From NCBI GenBank assembly GCA_964016885.1, contig OZ024740.1, forward strand, positions 4,340,001 to 4,404,000: a DNA stretch of 64,000 nucleotides, read 5' to 3'. This stretch comes from Eledone cirrhosa (taxonomy: Eukaryota). A program made the position numbers and the translations under genes. The notes beneath the pieces were generated by a model. The model made no database searches, was not told where the DNA came from, and was given only the letters and a program-made list of their open reading frames with translations. Positions 37,401 through 52,400 of this stretch are shown one piece after another. Within the stretch, counting starts at the first letter, position 1; each line of letters begins with the position of its first letter.

Positions 37401-40400
37401 TGTCACGTCTCGTCTGTGTTTATTACCAGTTTGGGGAGGACCTCCATTTAACATCAGGTCTAGGTTAATTATCAGTTTAGGGGGACTTACATTTCACATC
37501 TGGTCTAGGTTTATTACCAGTTTTGGGTGGGGACCTACAGTTCACATCTGGTTTAAGTTTATTACCAGTTAGGGGGTCTATATTTCACGTCTCGTCTACG
37601 TTTATTACCAGTTTTGGGAGTACCTACATTTCACATCTGGTCTAGGTTTATTACCAGTTTGGGAAGGCCCTACATTTCACATCTGGTCTAGGTTTATTAC
37701 CAGTTTGGTGGGGACCTACATTTCACATCTGGTCTAGGTTTATTACCAGTTTGTGGGAGACCTATATTTCACATTTAGTCTAAGTTTGTTACCAATTTGG
37801 AGAGGACCTACATTTCACATCAGGTCTAGGTTTATTACCAGTTTGGAGGGGGACCTATATTTCACATCTAGTCTAGGTTTACTACCAGTTAAGGTGGTGA
37901 CGTACATTTCACATCTGGTCTAGGTTTATTACCAGTTAGGGGGGATCTACATTTCACATCTGGTCTAGGTTTACTACCAGTTAAGGTGGTGACGTACATT
38001 TCACATATGGTCTAGGTTTATTACCAATTTTGGGGGCAGGACCTACATTTCACATCTGGTCTAGGTATATTACCAGTTTGGGGGGACGTACATTTCACAT
38101 ATGGTCTAGGTTTATTACCAGTTAGAGGGCGACCTTCATTTCACATTTGGTCTAGGTTTATTACCAGTTAGGGGGGATCTACATTTCACATCTGGTCTAG
38201 GTTATTAGCAGTTTGGGGAGGACCTACATTTCACATCTGGTCTAGGGTTATTACCAATTTGGTGGATGTACATTGCACATCTGTTCTAGGTTTATTAACA
38301 GTTAGGGCGTGACCTACATTTAACATCTGGACTAGGTTTATAACCAGTTGGGGAGGACCTACATTTCACATCTGGTTATGGTTTATTACCAGTTTGGGGG
38401 CACCTACATTTCAAATCAGGTCTAGGTTTATTACCAGTTTTGTGGGGTGGGACCTACATTACACATCTGGTCTAGATTTATTAACAGTTTTGGGTGGGGA
38501 CCTTCAGTTCACATCTGGTTTAGGTTTATTACCAGTTAGTGGGGATCTACATTTCACATCTGGTCTAGGTTTATTACCAGTTAGGCGGGGGACCTACATT
38601 TCACTTCTGGTCTCGGTTTATTATCCGTTTGGGGGACCTACATTTCACATCTGGTCTTGGTTTATTACCAATATGGGGGACCTACATTTCACATCTGGTC
38701 TAGGTTTATTACCAGGTTGGGAAGGACCTATATTTCACATTTGGTCTAGGTTTATTACCAGTTTGGGAAGGACCTACATTTTACATCTGGTCTAGGTTTA
38801 GTACCAGTTTGGGGAAGACCTACATTTCACATCTGGTCCAGGTTTATTAAAAGTTAGGGAGGGGGGGCCTTCTTTTCACATCTGGTCTAGGTTTATTACC
38901 AGTTTGAGGGGGGGGGGACCAACATTTCACATCTGGTATAGGTTTAATACCAGTTTGGGGGGACCGATATTTAAAATGTGGTCTAAGTTTATTACCAGTT
39001 AGGGGAGGACCTACATTTCACATCTCGTCTACGTTTATGACCAGTTTGGGGGGGGACCTACATTTCACATCTGGTAAAAATTTATTACCAGTTTGGGGGA
39101 GACCTACATTTCACTTCTGGTCTACGTTTATTACCGGTTAGGGGGGGACCTACATTATATATCTGGTCTAGGTTTATTACCAGTTTGGGGAGGACCTATA
39201 TTTCACATCTGGTCTAGGTTTATTACCAGTTTGGGAAGGACCTACATTTCACATCTGGTCTAAATTTATTACCAGTTTGGTGGGGACCTACATTTCACAT
39301 CTGGTGTAGGTTTATTACCACTTTGGCTGGGAACTTCATTTCACATCTGGTCTAGGTTTATTACCAGTTACGCGGGGAGCTACATGTAACGTCTCGTCTA
39401 TGTTTATTACCAGTTTGGGGAGGACCTCCATTTAACATCAGGTCTAGGTTTATTATCAGTTTGGGGGGACTTACATTTCACATCTGGTCTAGGTTTATTA
39501 CCAGTTTTGGGTGGGGACCTACATTTCACATCTGTTCTATGTTTATTTCCAGTTTGGGGAGGACCTACATTTTACATCGGGTCTAGGTTTATTACCAGTT
39601 TGGGGGTCCTACATTTAACATCTGGTCTAGGTGTATTACCAGTTTTTTTTTGGGGGGGAACTACAGTTCACATATGGTCTAGGTTTATTACCATTAGTGG
39701 AGGGGACCTACATTTCATATCTGGTCTAGGTTTATTATCAGTTGGGGGGACCTACATTTCACATCTGGTCTAGGTGTATTACCAGTTAGGGGGTGACCTA
39801 CATTTCACATCTGCTCTAGGTTTATTACCAGTTGGGGGACCTACATTTCACATCTGGTCTAGGTTTATTACCAGTTAGAGGGTTACCTACATTTCACATC
39901 TGGTCTATGTTTATTACCCGTTTGTGGGGACCTACATTTCACATCTGGTCTAGGTTTATTACCAATTTGGGGACGACCTACATTTCACAACTGGTCTAGG
40001 TTTATTACCAGTTTGGGAAGGACGTATATTTCACATCTGGTCTAGGTTTATTACCAGTTTAGGAAGGACCTACATTTCACATCTGGTCTAGGTTTAGTAC
40101 CAGTTTGGAGCGGACCTACATTTCACATCTGGTCTAGGTTTAATACTGGTTAGGGGGGACCTACATTTTATATCTGGTCCAGGTTTATTGCCAGTTTGGG
40201 GATGGCCTACATTTCACATCTGGTCTAGGTTTATTACCAGTTAGGGGGCACCTACATTTCACATCTGGTCTAGGTTTATTACCAGTTTGGGGGGACCTAC
40301 ATTTCACATCTGGTTTAGGTTTATTACCTGTTTGGGTGGGGGGACCTACATTTCACATCAGGTCTAGGTTTATTACCAGTTAGGGGGTGATCTACATTTC

Positions 40401-43400
40401 AGATCTGGTCTATGTTTATTACCGGTTTGGGGAGGACCTACATTTCACATCGGGTCTAGGTTTATTACCAGTTTTGGGGGGACCTACATTTCACATCTGG
40501 TCTAGGCTTATTACCAGTTTTTTTGGTGGGGACTACATTTCATATCTGGTCTACGTTTATTATCAGTTGGGGGCACCTACATTTTACATCTGGACTAGGT
40601 TTATTACCAGTTAGGGTGTGACATACATTTCACATCTGGTCTAGGATTATTACCCGTTTAGGGGGGACATACATTTCACATCTGGTCTAGGTTTATTACC
40701 AACTTGGGGAGGACCTACATTTCACATCTGGTCTAGGTTTATTACCAGTTTGGTGGGGACCTACATTTCATAGCTGGTCTAGGTTTATTACCAGTTTGAG
40801 TGGGACCTACATTTCACATCTGGTCTAGGTTTATTACCAGTTAGGGGGCACCTACATTTCACATCTGGTCTAGGTTTATTACAAGTTTCACATTTACTCT
40901 AGGTTTATTACCAGTTAGTGGGGACCTACATTTCACATCTGTTCTAGGTTTATTACCAGTTAGATGGGTGACGTACATTTTACATCTGGTCTAGGTTTTT
41001 TACCAGTTTGGAGGGGGACCTATATTTCGCATCTGGTCTAGGTTTATTACCAGTTAGGGGGTGACATACATTTCACATCTGGTCTAGGAATATTACCCGT
41101 TTGGGGGGGGGGACATACATTTCATATCTGGTCTAGGTTTATTACCAACTTGGGGAGGACCTACATTTCACATCTGGTCTAGGATTAATACTGGTTAGGG
41201 GGGACCTACATTTTATTTTTAGTCCATGTTTATTACCAGTTTGGGGAGGACCTACATTTCACATCTGGTCTAGGTTTATTACCAGTTTGGGAAGGACCTA
41301 CATTTCACATCTGGTCTAAATTTATTACCAACTTGGGGAGGACCTACAATTCACATTTGGTCTAGGTTTATTACCAGTTTGAGGGGGACCTACATTTCAC
41401 ATCTGGTCTAGGTTTATTAACAGTTAGGGGGTGACCTATATTTCACATCTGGTCTAGGATTATTACCCGTTTGGTGGGGACCTACATTTCATATCTGGTC
41501 TAGGTTTATTACCAGTTTGAGGGGGACCTACATTTCACATCTGGTCTAAGTTTATTACCATTTAGGGTGGCTACATTTCTCGTCTCGTCTACGTTTATTA
41601 CCAGTTTGGGGAGGACCTACATTTCACATCGTGTCTAGGTTTATTCCCAGTTTGTGGGGGGGGGGCTACATTTCACATCTGGTCTGTGTTTATTACCAGT
41701 TTCAAGGGGCGCTACATTTCACATATGGTCTAGGTTTATTACCAGTTAGTGAGGTGGACCTACATTTCATATCTGGTCTAGGTTTTTTACCAGTTTGGGG
41801 GTGACCTATATGTCACATCTTGTCTAGGTTTATTACCAGTTAGGTTGTGACCTACATTTCACATCTGGTCTTGGTTTATTATCAGTTAGGGGAGTGACCT
41901 ATATTTCACATCTGGTCTAGGTTTATTACCAGTTGGAGGGGGCCTACATTTCACATCTAGTCTAGGTTTATTACCTGTTAGGGGGATCTACATTTCACAT
42001 ATGGTCTAGGTTTATTAACAGTTAGGGGGGGACCTACATTTAACATCTGGACTAGGTTTGTTACCAGTTTGGGAAGGACCTAAATTTCACATCTGGTCTA
42101 AGTTTATTAAGAGTTAAGGGGAACTACATTTCACTTCTGGTCTAGGTTTATTACCAGTCTGGGGGGACCTACATTTCACATCTGGCCTAGGTTTATTACC
42201 AGTTTGGGAGGGATCTACATTTCACATCAGGTCTAAATTTATTCCAGTTTGGTTGGGACATATATTTCACATCTGGTCTAGGTTTATTACCAGTTAGTGG
42301 GGACCTACATTTCACATCTGGTCTAGATTTTTTACCAGTTTGGAGGGGGACCTATATTTCACATCTGGTCTAGGTTTATTACCAGTTCGGGGGTGACATA
42401 CATTTCACATCTGGTCTAGGATTATTACCCGTTTGGGGGGACATACATTTCATATCTGGTCTAGGTTTATTACCAACTTGGGGAGGACCTACATTTCACA
42501 TCTGGTCTAGGATTAATACTGGTTAGGGGGGACCTACATTTTATTTTTAGTCCATGTTTATTACCAGTTTGGGGAGGACCTACATTTCACATCTGGTCTA
42601 GGTTTATTACCAGTTTGGGAAGGACCTACATTTCACATCTGGTCTAAATTTATTACCAGTTTGGTGTGGACCTACATTTCACATCTGGTCTAGGTTTATT
42701 TCCAGTTTGAGAAGGACCTACATTTCACATCTGGTCTAGGTTTATTACCAACTTGGGGAGGACCTACAATTCACATTTGGTCTAGGTTTATTACCAGTTT
42801 GAGGGGGACCTACATTTCACATCTGGTCTAGGTTTATTAACAGTTAGGGGGTGACCTATATTTCACATCTGGTCTAGGATTATTACCCGTTTGGTGGGGA
42901 CCTACATTTCATATCTGGTCGAGGTTTATTACCATTTAGGGTGGCTACATTTCTCGTCTCGTCTACGTTTATTACCAGTTTGGGGAGGACCTACATTTCA
43001 CATAGTGTCTAGGTTTATTCCCAGTTTGTGGGGGGGGGGGCTACATTTCACATCTGGTCTGTGTTTATTACCAGTTTCAAGGGGCCCTACATTTCACATA
43101 TGGTCTAGGTTTATTACCAGTTAGTGAGGTGGACCTACATTTCATATCTGGTCTAGGTTTTTTACCAGTTTGGGGGTGACCTATATGTCACACCTTGTCT
43201 AGGTTTATTACCAGTTAGGGTGTGACCTACATTTCACATCTGGTCTTGGTTTATTACCAGTTAGGGGGGTGACCTATATTTCACATCTGGTCTAGGTTTA
43301 TTACCAGTTCGGGGGTGACATACATTTCACATCTGGTCTAGGATTATTCCGTTTGGGCGGGGACATACATTTCATATCTAGTCTAGGTTTATTACCAACT

Positions 43401-46400
43401 TGGGGAGGACCTACATTTCACATCTGGTCTAGGATTAATACTGGTTAGGGGGGACCTACATTTTATATTTAGTCCATGTTTATTACCAGTTTGGGGAGGA
43501 CCTACATTTCACATCTGGTCTAGGTTTATTACCAGTTTGGGAAGGACCTACATTTCACATCTGGTCTAAATTTATTACCAGTTTGGTGTGGACCTACATT
43601 TCACATCTGGTCTAGGTTTATTACCAGTTTGAGAAGGACCTACATTTCACATCTGGTCTAGGTTTATTACCAATTTGGGGAGGACCTACATTTCACATCT
43701 GGTCTAGGTTTATTACCAGTTAGGGGGAGCTACATTTCACGTCTCGTCTATGTTTATTACTAGTTTGGGGAGGACCTCCATTTCACATCTGGCCTGCGTT
43801 TATTACCAGTTTGGGAAGGACTTACATTTCACATCCGGTCTAAATTTATTCCAGTTTGGTGGGGACATATATTTCACATCTGGTCTAAATTTATTCCAGT
43901 TCGGGGGGGACCTACATTTCAATTCTGGTCTTGGCTTATTAACAGTTTAGAGGGGCCCTACATTTCACATCAGGTCTAGGTTTATTACCAGTTAGGGGGT
44001 GATCTACATTTCAGATCTGGTCTAGGTTTATTACCAGTTTGGTGGGGACCTACATTTCATATCTGGTCTAGGTTTATTACCAGTTTGAGGGGACCTACAT
44101 TTCACATCTGGTCTAGGTTTATTACCAGTTAGGGGGTGACCTACATTTCACATCTGGTCTAGGATTATTACCCGTTTGGTTGGGACCTACATTTCATATC
44201 TGGTCTAGGTTTATTACCAGTTTGAGGGGGACCTACATTTCTCATCTGGTCTAAGTTTATTACCATTTAGGGAGGCTACATTTCTCGTCTCGTCTACGTT
44301 TATTACCAGTTTGGGGAGGACCTACATTTCACATCGTGTCTAGGTTTATTCCCAGTTTGTGGGGGGGGGGCTACATTTCACATCTGGTCTGGGTTTATTA
44401 CCAGTTTCGAAGGGACCTACAGTTCACATATGGTCTAGGTTTATTACCAGTTAGTTATAGGTGGGGACCTACATTTCATATCTGGTCTACGTTTATTATC
44501 AGTTGGGGGACCTACATTTTACATCTGGACTAGGTTTATTATCAGTTAGGGGGTGACATACATTTCACATCTGGTCTAGGATTAATACCCGTTTAGGGGG
44601 GACATACATTTCACATCTGGTCTAGGTTTATTACCAACTTGGGGAGGACCTACAATTCACATTTGATCTAGGTTTATTACCAGTTTGAGGGGGACCTACA
44701 TTTCACATCTGGTCTAAGTTTATTACCATTTAGGGAGGCTACATTTCTCGTCTCGTCTACGTTTATTACCAGTTTGGGGAGGACCTACATTTCACATCGT
44801 GTCTAGGTTTATTCCCAGTTTGTGGGGGGGGGCTACATTTCACATCTGGTCTGGGTTTATTACCAGTTTTAACGGGCCCTACATTTCACATATGGTCTAG
44901 GTTTAATACCAGTTAGTGAGGTGGACCTACATTTCATATCTGGTCTAGGTTTATTACCAGTTTAGGGGTGACCTATATGTCACATCTTGTCTAGGTTTAT
45001 TACCAGTTAGGGTGTGACCTACATTTCACATCTGGTCTTGGTTTATTACCAGTTAGGGGGGTGACCTATATTTCACATCTGGTCTAGGTTTATTACCGGT
45101 TAGAGGGGGCCTACATTTCACATCTGGTCTAGGTTTATTACCAGTTAGGGGGATCTACATTTCACATATGGTCTAGGTTTATTAACAGTTAGGGGGGACC
45201 TACGTTTAACATCTGGACTAGGTTTATTACCAGTTTGGGAAGGACCTACATTTCACATCTGGTCTAGGTTTATTAAGAGTTAAGGGGAACTACATTTCAC
45301 TTCTGGTCTAGGTTTATTACCAGTTTAAGGGGGCGGGACCAACATTTCACATCTGGTCTATGTTTATTACCAGTCTGGGGGGAACCTACATTTCAAATTT
45401 GGTCTAGGTTTATTACCAGTTAGGGGGCACCTACATTTCACATCTGGTCTAGGTTTATTACCAGTTAGTGGGGACCTACATTTCACATCTGGTCTAGATT
45501 TTTTACAAGTTTGGAGGGGGACCTATATTTCACATCTGATCTAGGTTTATTACCAGTTAGAGAGGTGACGTACATTTCACATCTGGTCTAGGTTTTTTAC
45601 ATGTTTGGAGGGGGACCTATATTTCGCATCTGGTCTAGGTTTATTACCAGTTAGGGGGTGACATACATTTCATATCTGGTCTAGGATTATTACCCGTTTG
45701 GGGCGGACATACATTTCACATCTGGTCTAGGTTTATTACCAACTTGGGGAGGACCTAAATTTCACATCTGGTCTAGGTTTAGTACCAGTTTGGGGGAGAC
45801 CTACATTTCAAATTTATTCTAGGTTTATTACCAGTTAGGGTAGGACCTACATTTCACATCTGGTCTAGGTTTATTACCAGTTTGGGAAGGACCTACATTT
45901 CACATCTGGTCTAAATTTATTACCAGTTTGGTGTGGAGCTACATTTCACATCTGGTCTTGGTTTATTACCAGTTTGAGAAGGACCTACATTTCACATCTG
46001 GTCTAGGTTTATTACCAATTTGGGGAGGACCTACATTTCACATCTGGTCTAGGTTTATTACCAGTTAGGGGGAGCTACATTTCACGTCTCGTCTATGTTT
46101 ATTACTAGTTTGGGGAGGACCTCCATTTCACATCTGGCCTGGGTTTATTCCCAGTTTGGGAAGGACTTACATTTCAAATCTGGTCTAAATTTATTCCAGT
46201 TTGGTGGGGACATACATTTCACATCTGGTCTAGGTTTATTACCAGTTTCGGGGCACCTACATTTCACATCTGGTTTAGGTTTATTACCAGTTTTTTGGGG
46301 GGGACATACAGTTCACATATGGTCTAGGTTTATTACCAGTTAGTTAGTGGTGGGGACCTACATTTCATATCTGGTCTACGTTTATTATCAGTTGGGGGAC

Positions 46401-49400
46401 CTACATTTCACATCTGGTTTAGGTTTATTACCTGTTTGGGTGGGGGGACCTACATTTCACATCAGGTCTAGGTTTATTACCAGTTAGGGGGTGATCTACA
46501 TTTCAGATCTGGTCTATGTTTATTACCGGTTTGGTGTGGAGCTACATTTCACATCTGGTCTAGGTTTATTACCAGTTTGGGGGGACCTACATTTCACATC
46601 TGGTTTAGGTTTATTACCTGTTTGGGTGGGGGGACCTACATTTCACATCAGGTCTAGGTTTATTACCAGTTAGGGGGTGATCTACATTTCAGATCTGGTC
46701 TATGTTTATTACCGGTTTGGGGAGGACCTACATTTCACATCGGGTCTAGGTTTATTACCAGTTTTGGGGGGACCTACATTTCACATCTGGTCTAGGCTTA
46801 TTACCAGTTTTTTTGGTGGGGACTACATTTCATATCTGGTCTACGTTTATTATCAGTTGGGGGCACCTACATTTTACATCTGGACTAGGTTTATTACCAG
46901 TTAGGGTGTGACATACATTTCACATCTGGTCTAGGATTATTACCCGTTTAGGGGGGACATACATTTCACATCTGGTCTAGGTTTATTACCAACTTGGGGA
47001 GGACCTACATTTCACATCTGGTCTAGGTTTATTACCAGTTTGGTGGGGACCTACATTTCATAGCTGGTCTAGGTTTATTACCAGTTTGAGTGGGACCTAC
47101 ATTTCACATCTGGTCTAGGTTTATTACCAGTTAGGGGGCACCTACATTTCACATCTGGTCTAGGTTTATTACAAGTTTCACATTTACTCTAGGTTTATTA
47201 CCAGTTAGTGGGGACCTACATTTCACATCTGTTCTAGGTTTATTACCAGTTAGATGGGTGACGTACATTTTACATCTGGTCTAGGTTTTTTACCAGTTTG
47301 GAGGGGGACCTATATTTCGCATCTGGTCTAGGTTTATTACCAGTTAGGGGGTGACATACATTTCACATCTGGTCTAGGAATATTACCCGTTTGGGGGGGG
47401 GGACATACATTTCATATCTGGTCTAGGTTTATTACCAACTTGGGGAGGACCTACATTTCACATCTGGTCTAGGATTAATACTGGTTAGGGGGGACCTACA
47501 TTTTATTTTTAGTCCATGTTTATTACCAGTTTGGGGAGGACCTACATTTCACATCTGGTCTAGGTTTATTACCAGTTTGGGAAGGACCTACATTTCACAT
47601 CTGGTCTAAATTTATTACCAACTTGGGGAGGACCTACAATTCACATTTGGTCTAGGTTTATTACCAGTTTGAGGGGGACCTACATTTCACATCTGGTCTA
47701 GGTTTATTAACAGTTAGGGGGTGACCTATATTTCACATCTGGTCTAGGATTATTACCCGTTTGGTGGGGACCTACATTTCATATCTGGTCTAGGTTTATT
47801 ACCAGTTTGAGGGGGACCTACATTTCACATCTGGTCTAAGTTTATTACCATTTAGGGTGGCTACATTTCTCGTCTCGTCTACGTTTATTACCAGTTTGGG
47901 GAGGACCTACATTTCACATCGTGTCTAGGTTTATTCCCAGTTTGTGGGGGGGGGGCTACATTTCACATCTGGTCTGTGTTTATTACCAGTTTCAAGGGGC
48001 GCTACATTTCACATATGGTCTAGGTTTATTACCAGTTAGTGAGGTGGACCTACATTTCATATCTGGTCTAGGTTTTTTACCAGTTTGGGGGTGACCTATA
48101 TGTCACATCTTGTCTAGGTTTATTACCAGTTAGGTTGTGACCTACATTTCACATCTGGTCTTGGTTTATTATCAGTTAGGGGAGTGACCTATATTTCACA
48201 TCTGGTCTAGGTTTATTACCAGTTGGAGGGGGCCTACATTTCACATCTAGTCTAGGTTTATTACCTGTTAGGGGGATCTACATTTCACATATGGTCTAGG
48301 TTTATTAACAGTTAGGGGGGGACCTACATTTAACATCTGGACTAGGTTTGTTACCAGTTTGGGAAGGACCTAAATTTCACATCTGGTCTAAGTTTATTAA
48401 GAGTTAAGGGGAACTACATTTCACTTCTGGTCTAGGTTTATTACCAGTCTGGGGGGACCTACATTTCACATCTGGCCTAGGTTTATTACCAGTTTGGGAG
48501 GGATCTACATTTCACATCAGGTCTAAATTTATTCCAGTTTGGTTGGGACATATATTTCACATCTGGTCTAGGTTTATTACCAGTTAGTGGGGACCTACAT
48601 TTCACATCTGGTCTAGATTTTTTACCAGTTTGGAGGGGGACCTATATTTCACATCTGGTCTAGGTTTATTACCAGTTCGGGGGTGACATACATTTCACAT
48701 CTGGTCTAGGATTATTACCCGTTTGGGGGGACATACATTTCATATCTGGTCTAGGTTTATTACCAACTTGGGGAGGACCTACATTTCACATCTGGTCTAG
48801 GATTAATACTGGTTAGGGGGGACCTACATTTTATTTTTAGTCCATGTTTATTACCAGTTTGGGGAGGACCTACATTTCACATCTGGTCTAGGTTTATTAC
48901 CAGTTTGGGAAGGACCTACATTTCACATCTGGTCTAAATTTATTACCAGTTTGGTGTGGACCTACATTTCACATCTGGTCTAGGTTTATTTCCAGTTTGA
49001 GAAGGACCTACATTTCACATCTGGTCTAGGTTTATTACCAACTTGGGGAGGACCTACAATTCACATTTGGTCTAGGTTTATTACCAGTTTGAGGGGGACC
49101 TACATTTCACATCTGGTCTAGGTTTATTAACAGTTAGGGGGTGACCTATATTTCACATCTGGTCTAGGATTATTACCCGTTTGGTGGGGACCTACATTTC
49201 ATATCTGGTCGAGGTTTATTACCATTTAGGGTGGCTACATTTCTCGTCTCGTCTACGTTTATTACCAGTTTGGGGAGGACCTACATTTCACATAGTGTCT
49301 AGGTTTATTCCCAGTTTGTGGGGGGGGGGGGCTACATTTCACATCTGGTCTGTGTTTATTACCAGTTTCAAGGGGCCCTACATTTCACATATGGTCTAGG

Positions 49401-52400
49401 TTTATTACCAGTTAGTGAGGTGGACCTACATTTCATATCTGGTCTAGGTTTTTTACCAGTTTGGGGGTGACCTATATGTCACACCTTGTCTAGGTTTATT
49501 ACCAGTTAGGGTGTGACCTACATTTCACATCTGGTCTTGGTTTATTACCAGTTAGGGGGGTGACCTATATTTCACATCTGGTCTAGGTTTATTACCAGTT
49601 CGGGGGTGACATACATTTCACATCTGGTCTAGGATTATTCCGTTTGGGCGGGGACATACATTTCATATCTAGTCTAGGTTTATTACCAACTTGGGGAGGA
49701 CCTACATTTCACATCTGGTCTAGGATTAATACTGGTTAGGGGGGACCTACATTTTATATTTAGTCCATGTTTATTACCAGTTTGGGGAGGACCTACATTT
49801 CACATCTGGTCTAGGTTTATTACCAGTTTGGGAAGGACCTACATTTCACATCTGGTCTAAATTTATTACCAGTTTGGTGTGGACCTACATTTCACATCTG
49901 GTCTAGGTTTATTACCAGTTTGAGAAGGACCTACATTTCACATCTGGTCTAGGTTTATTACCAATTTGGGGAGGACCTACATTTCACATCTGGTCTAGGT
50001 TTATTACCAGTTAGGGGGAGCTACATTTCACGTCTCGTCTATGTTTATTACTAGTTTGGGGAGGACCTCCATTTCACATCTGGCCTGCGTTTATTACCAG
50101 TTTGGGAAGGACTTACATTTCACATCCGGTCTAAATTTATTCCAGTTTGGTGGGGACATATATTTCACATCTGGTCTAAATTTATTCCAGTTCGGGGGGG
50201 ACCTACATTTCAATTCTGGTCTTGGCTTATTAACAGTTTAGAGGGGCCCTACATTTCACATCAGGTCTAGGTTTATTACCAGTTAGGGGGTGATCTACAT
50301 TTCAGATCTGGTCTAGGTTTATTACCAGTTTGGTGGGGACCTACATTTCATATCTGGTCTAGGTTTATTACCAGTTTGAGGGGACCTACATTTCACATCT
50401 GGTCTAGGTTTATTACCAGTTAGGGGGTGACCTACATTTCACATCTGGTCTAGGATTATTACCCGTTTGGTTGGGACCTACATTTCATATCTGGTCTAGG
50501 TTTATTACCAGTTTGAGGGGGACCTACATTTCTCATCTGGTCTAAGTTTATTACCATTTAGGGAGGCTACATTTCTCGTCTCGTCTACGTTTATTACCAG
50601 TTTGGGGAGGACCTACATTTCACATCGTGTCTAGGTTTATTCCCAGTTTGTGGGGGGGGGGGCTACATTTCACATCTGGTCTGGGTTTATTACCAGTTTC
50701 GAAGGGACCTACAGTTCACATATGGTCTAGGTTTATTACCAGTTAGTTATAGGTGGGGACCTACATTTCATATCTGGTCTACGTTTATTATCAGTTGGGG
50801 GACCTACATTTTACATCTGGACTAGGTTTATTATCAGTTAGGGGGTGACATACATTTCACATCTGGTCTAGGATTAATACCCGTTTAGGGGGGACATACA
50901 TTTCACATCTGGTCTAGGTTTATTACCAACTTGGGGAGGACCTACAATTCACATTTGATCTAGGTTTATTACCAGTTTGAGGGGGACCTACATTTCACAT
51001 CTGGTCTAAGTTTATTACCATTTAGGGAGGCTACATTTCTCGTCTCGTCTACGTTTATTACCAGTTTGGGGAGGACCTACATTTCACATCGTGTCTAGGT
51101 TTATTCCCAGTTTGTGGGGGGGGGCTACATTTCACATCTGGTCTGGGTTTATTACCAGTTTTAACGGGCCCTACATTTCACATATGGTCTAGGTTTAATA
51201 CCAGTTAGTGAGGTGGACCTACATTTCATATCTGGTCTAGGTTTATTACCAGTTTAGGGGTGACCTATATGTCACATCTTGTCTAGGTTTATTACCAGTT
51301 AGGGTGTGACCTACATTTCACATCTGGTCTTGGTTTATTACCAGTTAGGGGGGTGACCTATATTTCACATCTGGTCTAGGTTTATTACCGGTTAGAGGGG
51401 GCCTACATTTCACATCTGGTCTAGGTTTATTACCAGTTAGGGAGATCTACATTTCACATATGGTCTAGGTTTATTAACAGTTAGGGGGGACCTACGTTTA
51501 ACATCTGGACTAGGTTTATTACCAGTTTGGGAAGGACCTACATTTCACATCTGGTCTAGGTTTATTAAGAGTTAAGGGGAACTACATTTCACTTCTGGTC
51601 TAGGTTTATTACCAGTTTAAGGGGGCGGGACCAACATTTCACATCTGGTCTATGTTTATTACCAGTCTGGGGGGAACCTACATTTCAAATTTGGTCTAGG
51701 TTTATTACCAGTTAGGGGGCACCTACATTTCACATCTGGTCTAGGTTTATTACCAGTTAGTGGGGACCTACATTTCACATCTGGTCTAGATTTTTTACAA
51801 GTTTGGAGGGGGACCTATATTTCACATCTGATCTAGGTTTATTACCAGTTAGAGAGGTGACGTACATTTCACATCTGGTCTAGGTTTTTTACATGTTTGG
51901 AGGGGGACCTATATTTCGCATCTGGTCTAGGTTTATTACCAGTTAGGGGGTGACATACATTTCATATCTGGTCTAGGATTATTACCCGTTTGGGGCGGAC
52001 ATACATTTCACATCTGGTCTAGGTTTATTACCAACTTGGGGAGGACCTAAATTTCACATCTGGTCTAGGTTTAGTACCAGTTTGGGGGAGACCTACATTT
52101 CAAATTTATTCTAGGTTTATTACCAGTTAGGGTAGGACCTACATTTCACATCTGGTCTAGGTTTATTACCAGTTTGGGAAGGACCTACATTTCACATCTG
52201 GTCTAAATTTATTACCAGTTTGGTGTGGAGCTACATTTCACATCTGGTCTTGGTTTATTACCAGTTTGAGAAGGACCTACATTTCACATCTGGTCTAGGT
52301 TTATTACCAATTTGGGGAGGACCTACATTTCACATCTGGTCTAGGTTTATTACCAGTTAGGGGGAGCTACATTTCACGTCTCGTCTATGTTTATTACTAG

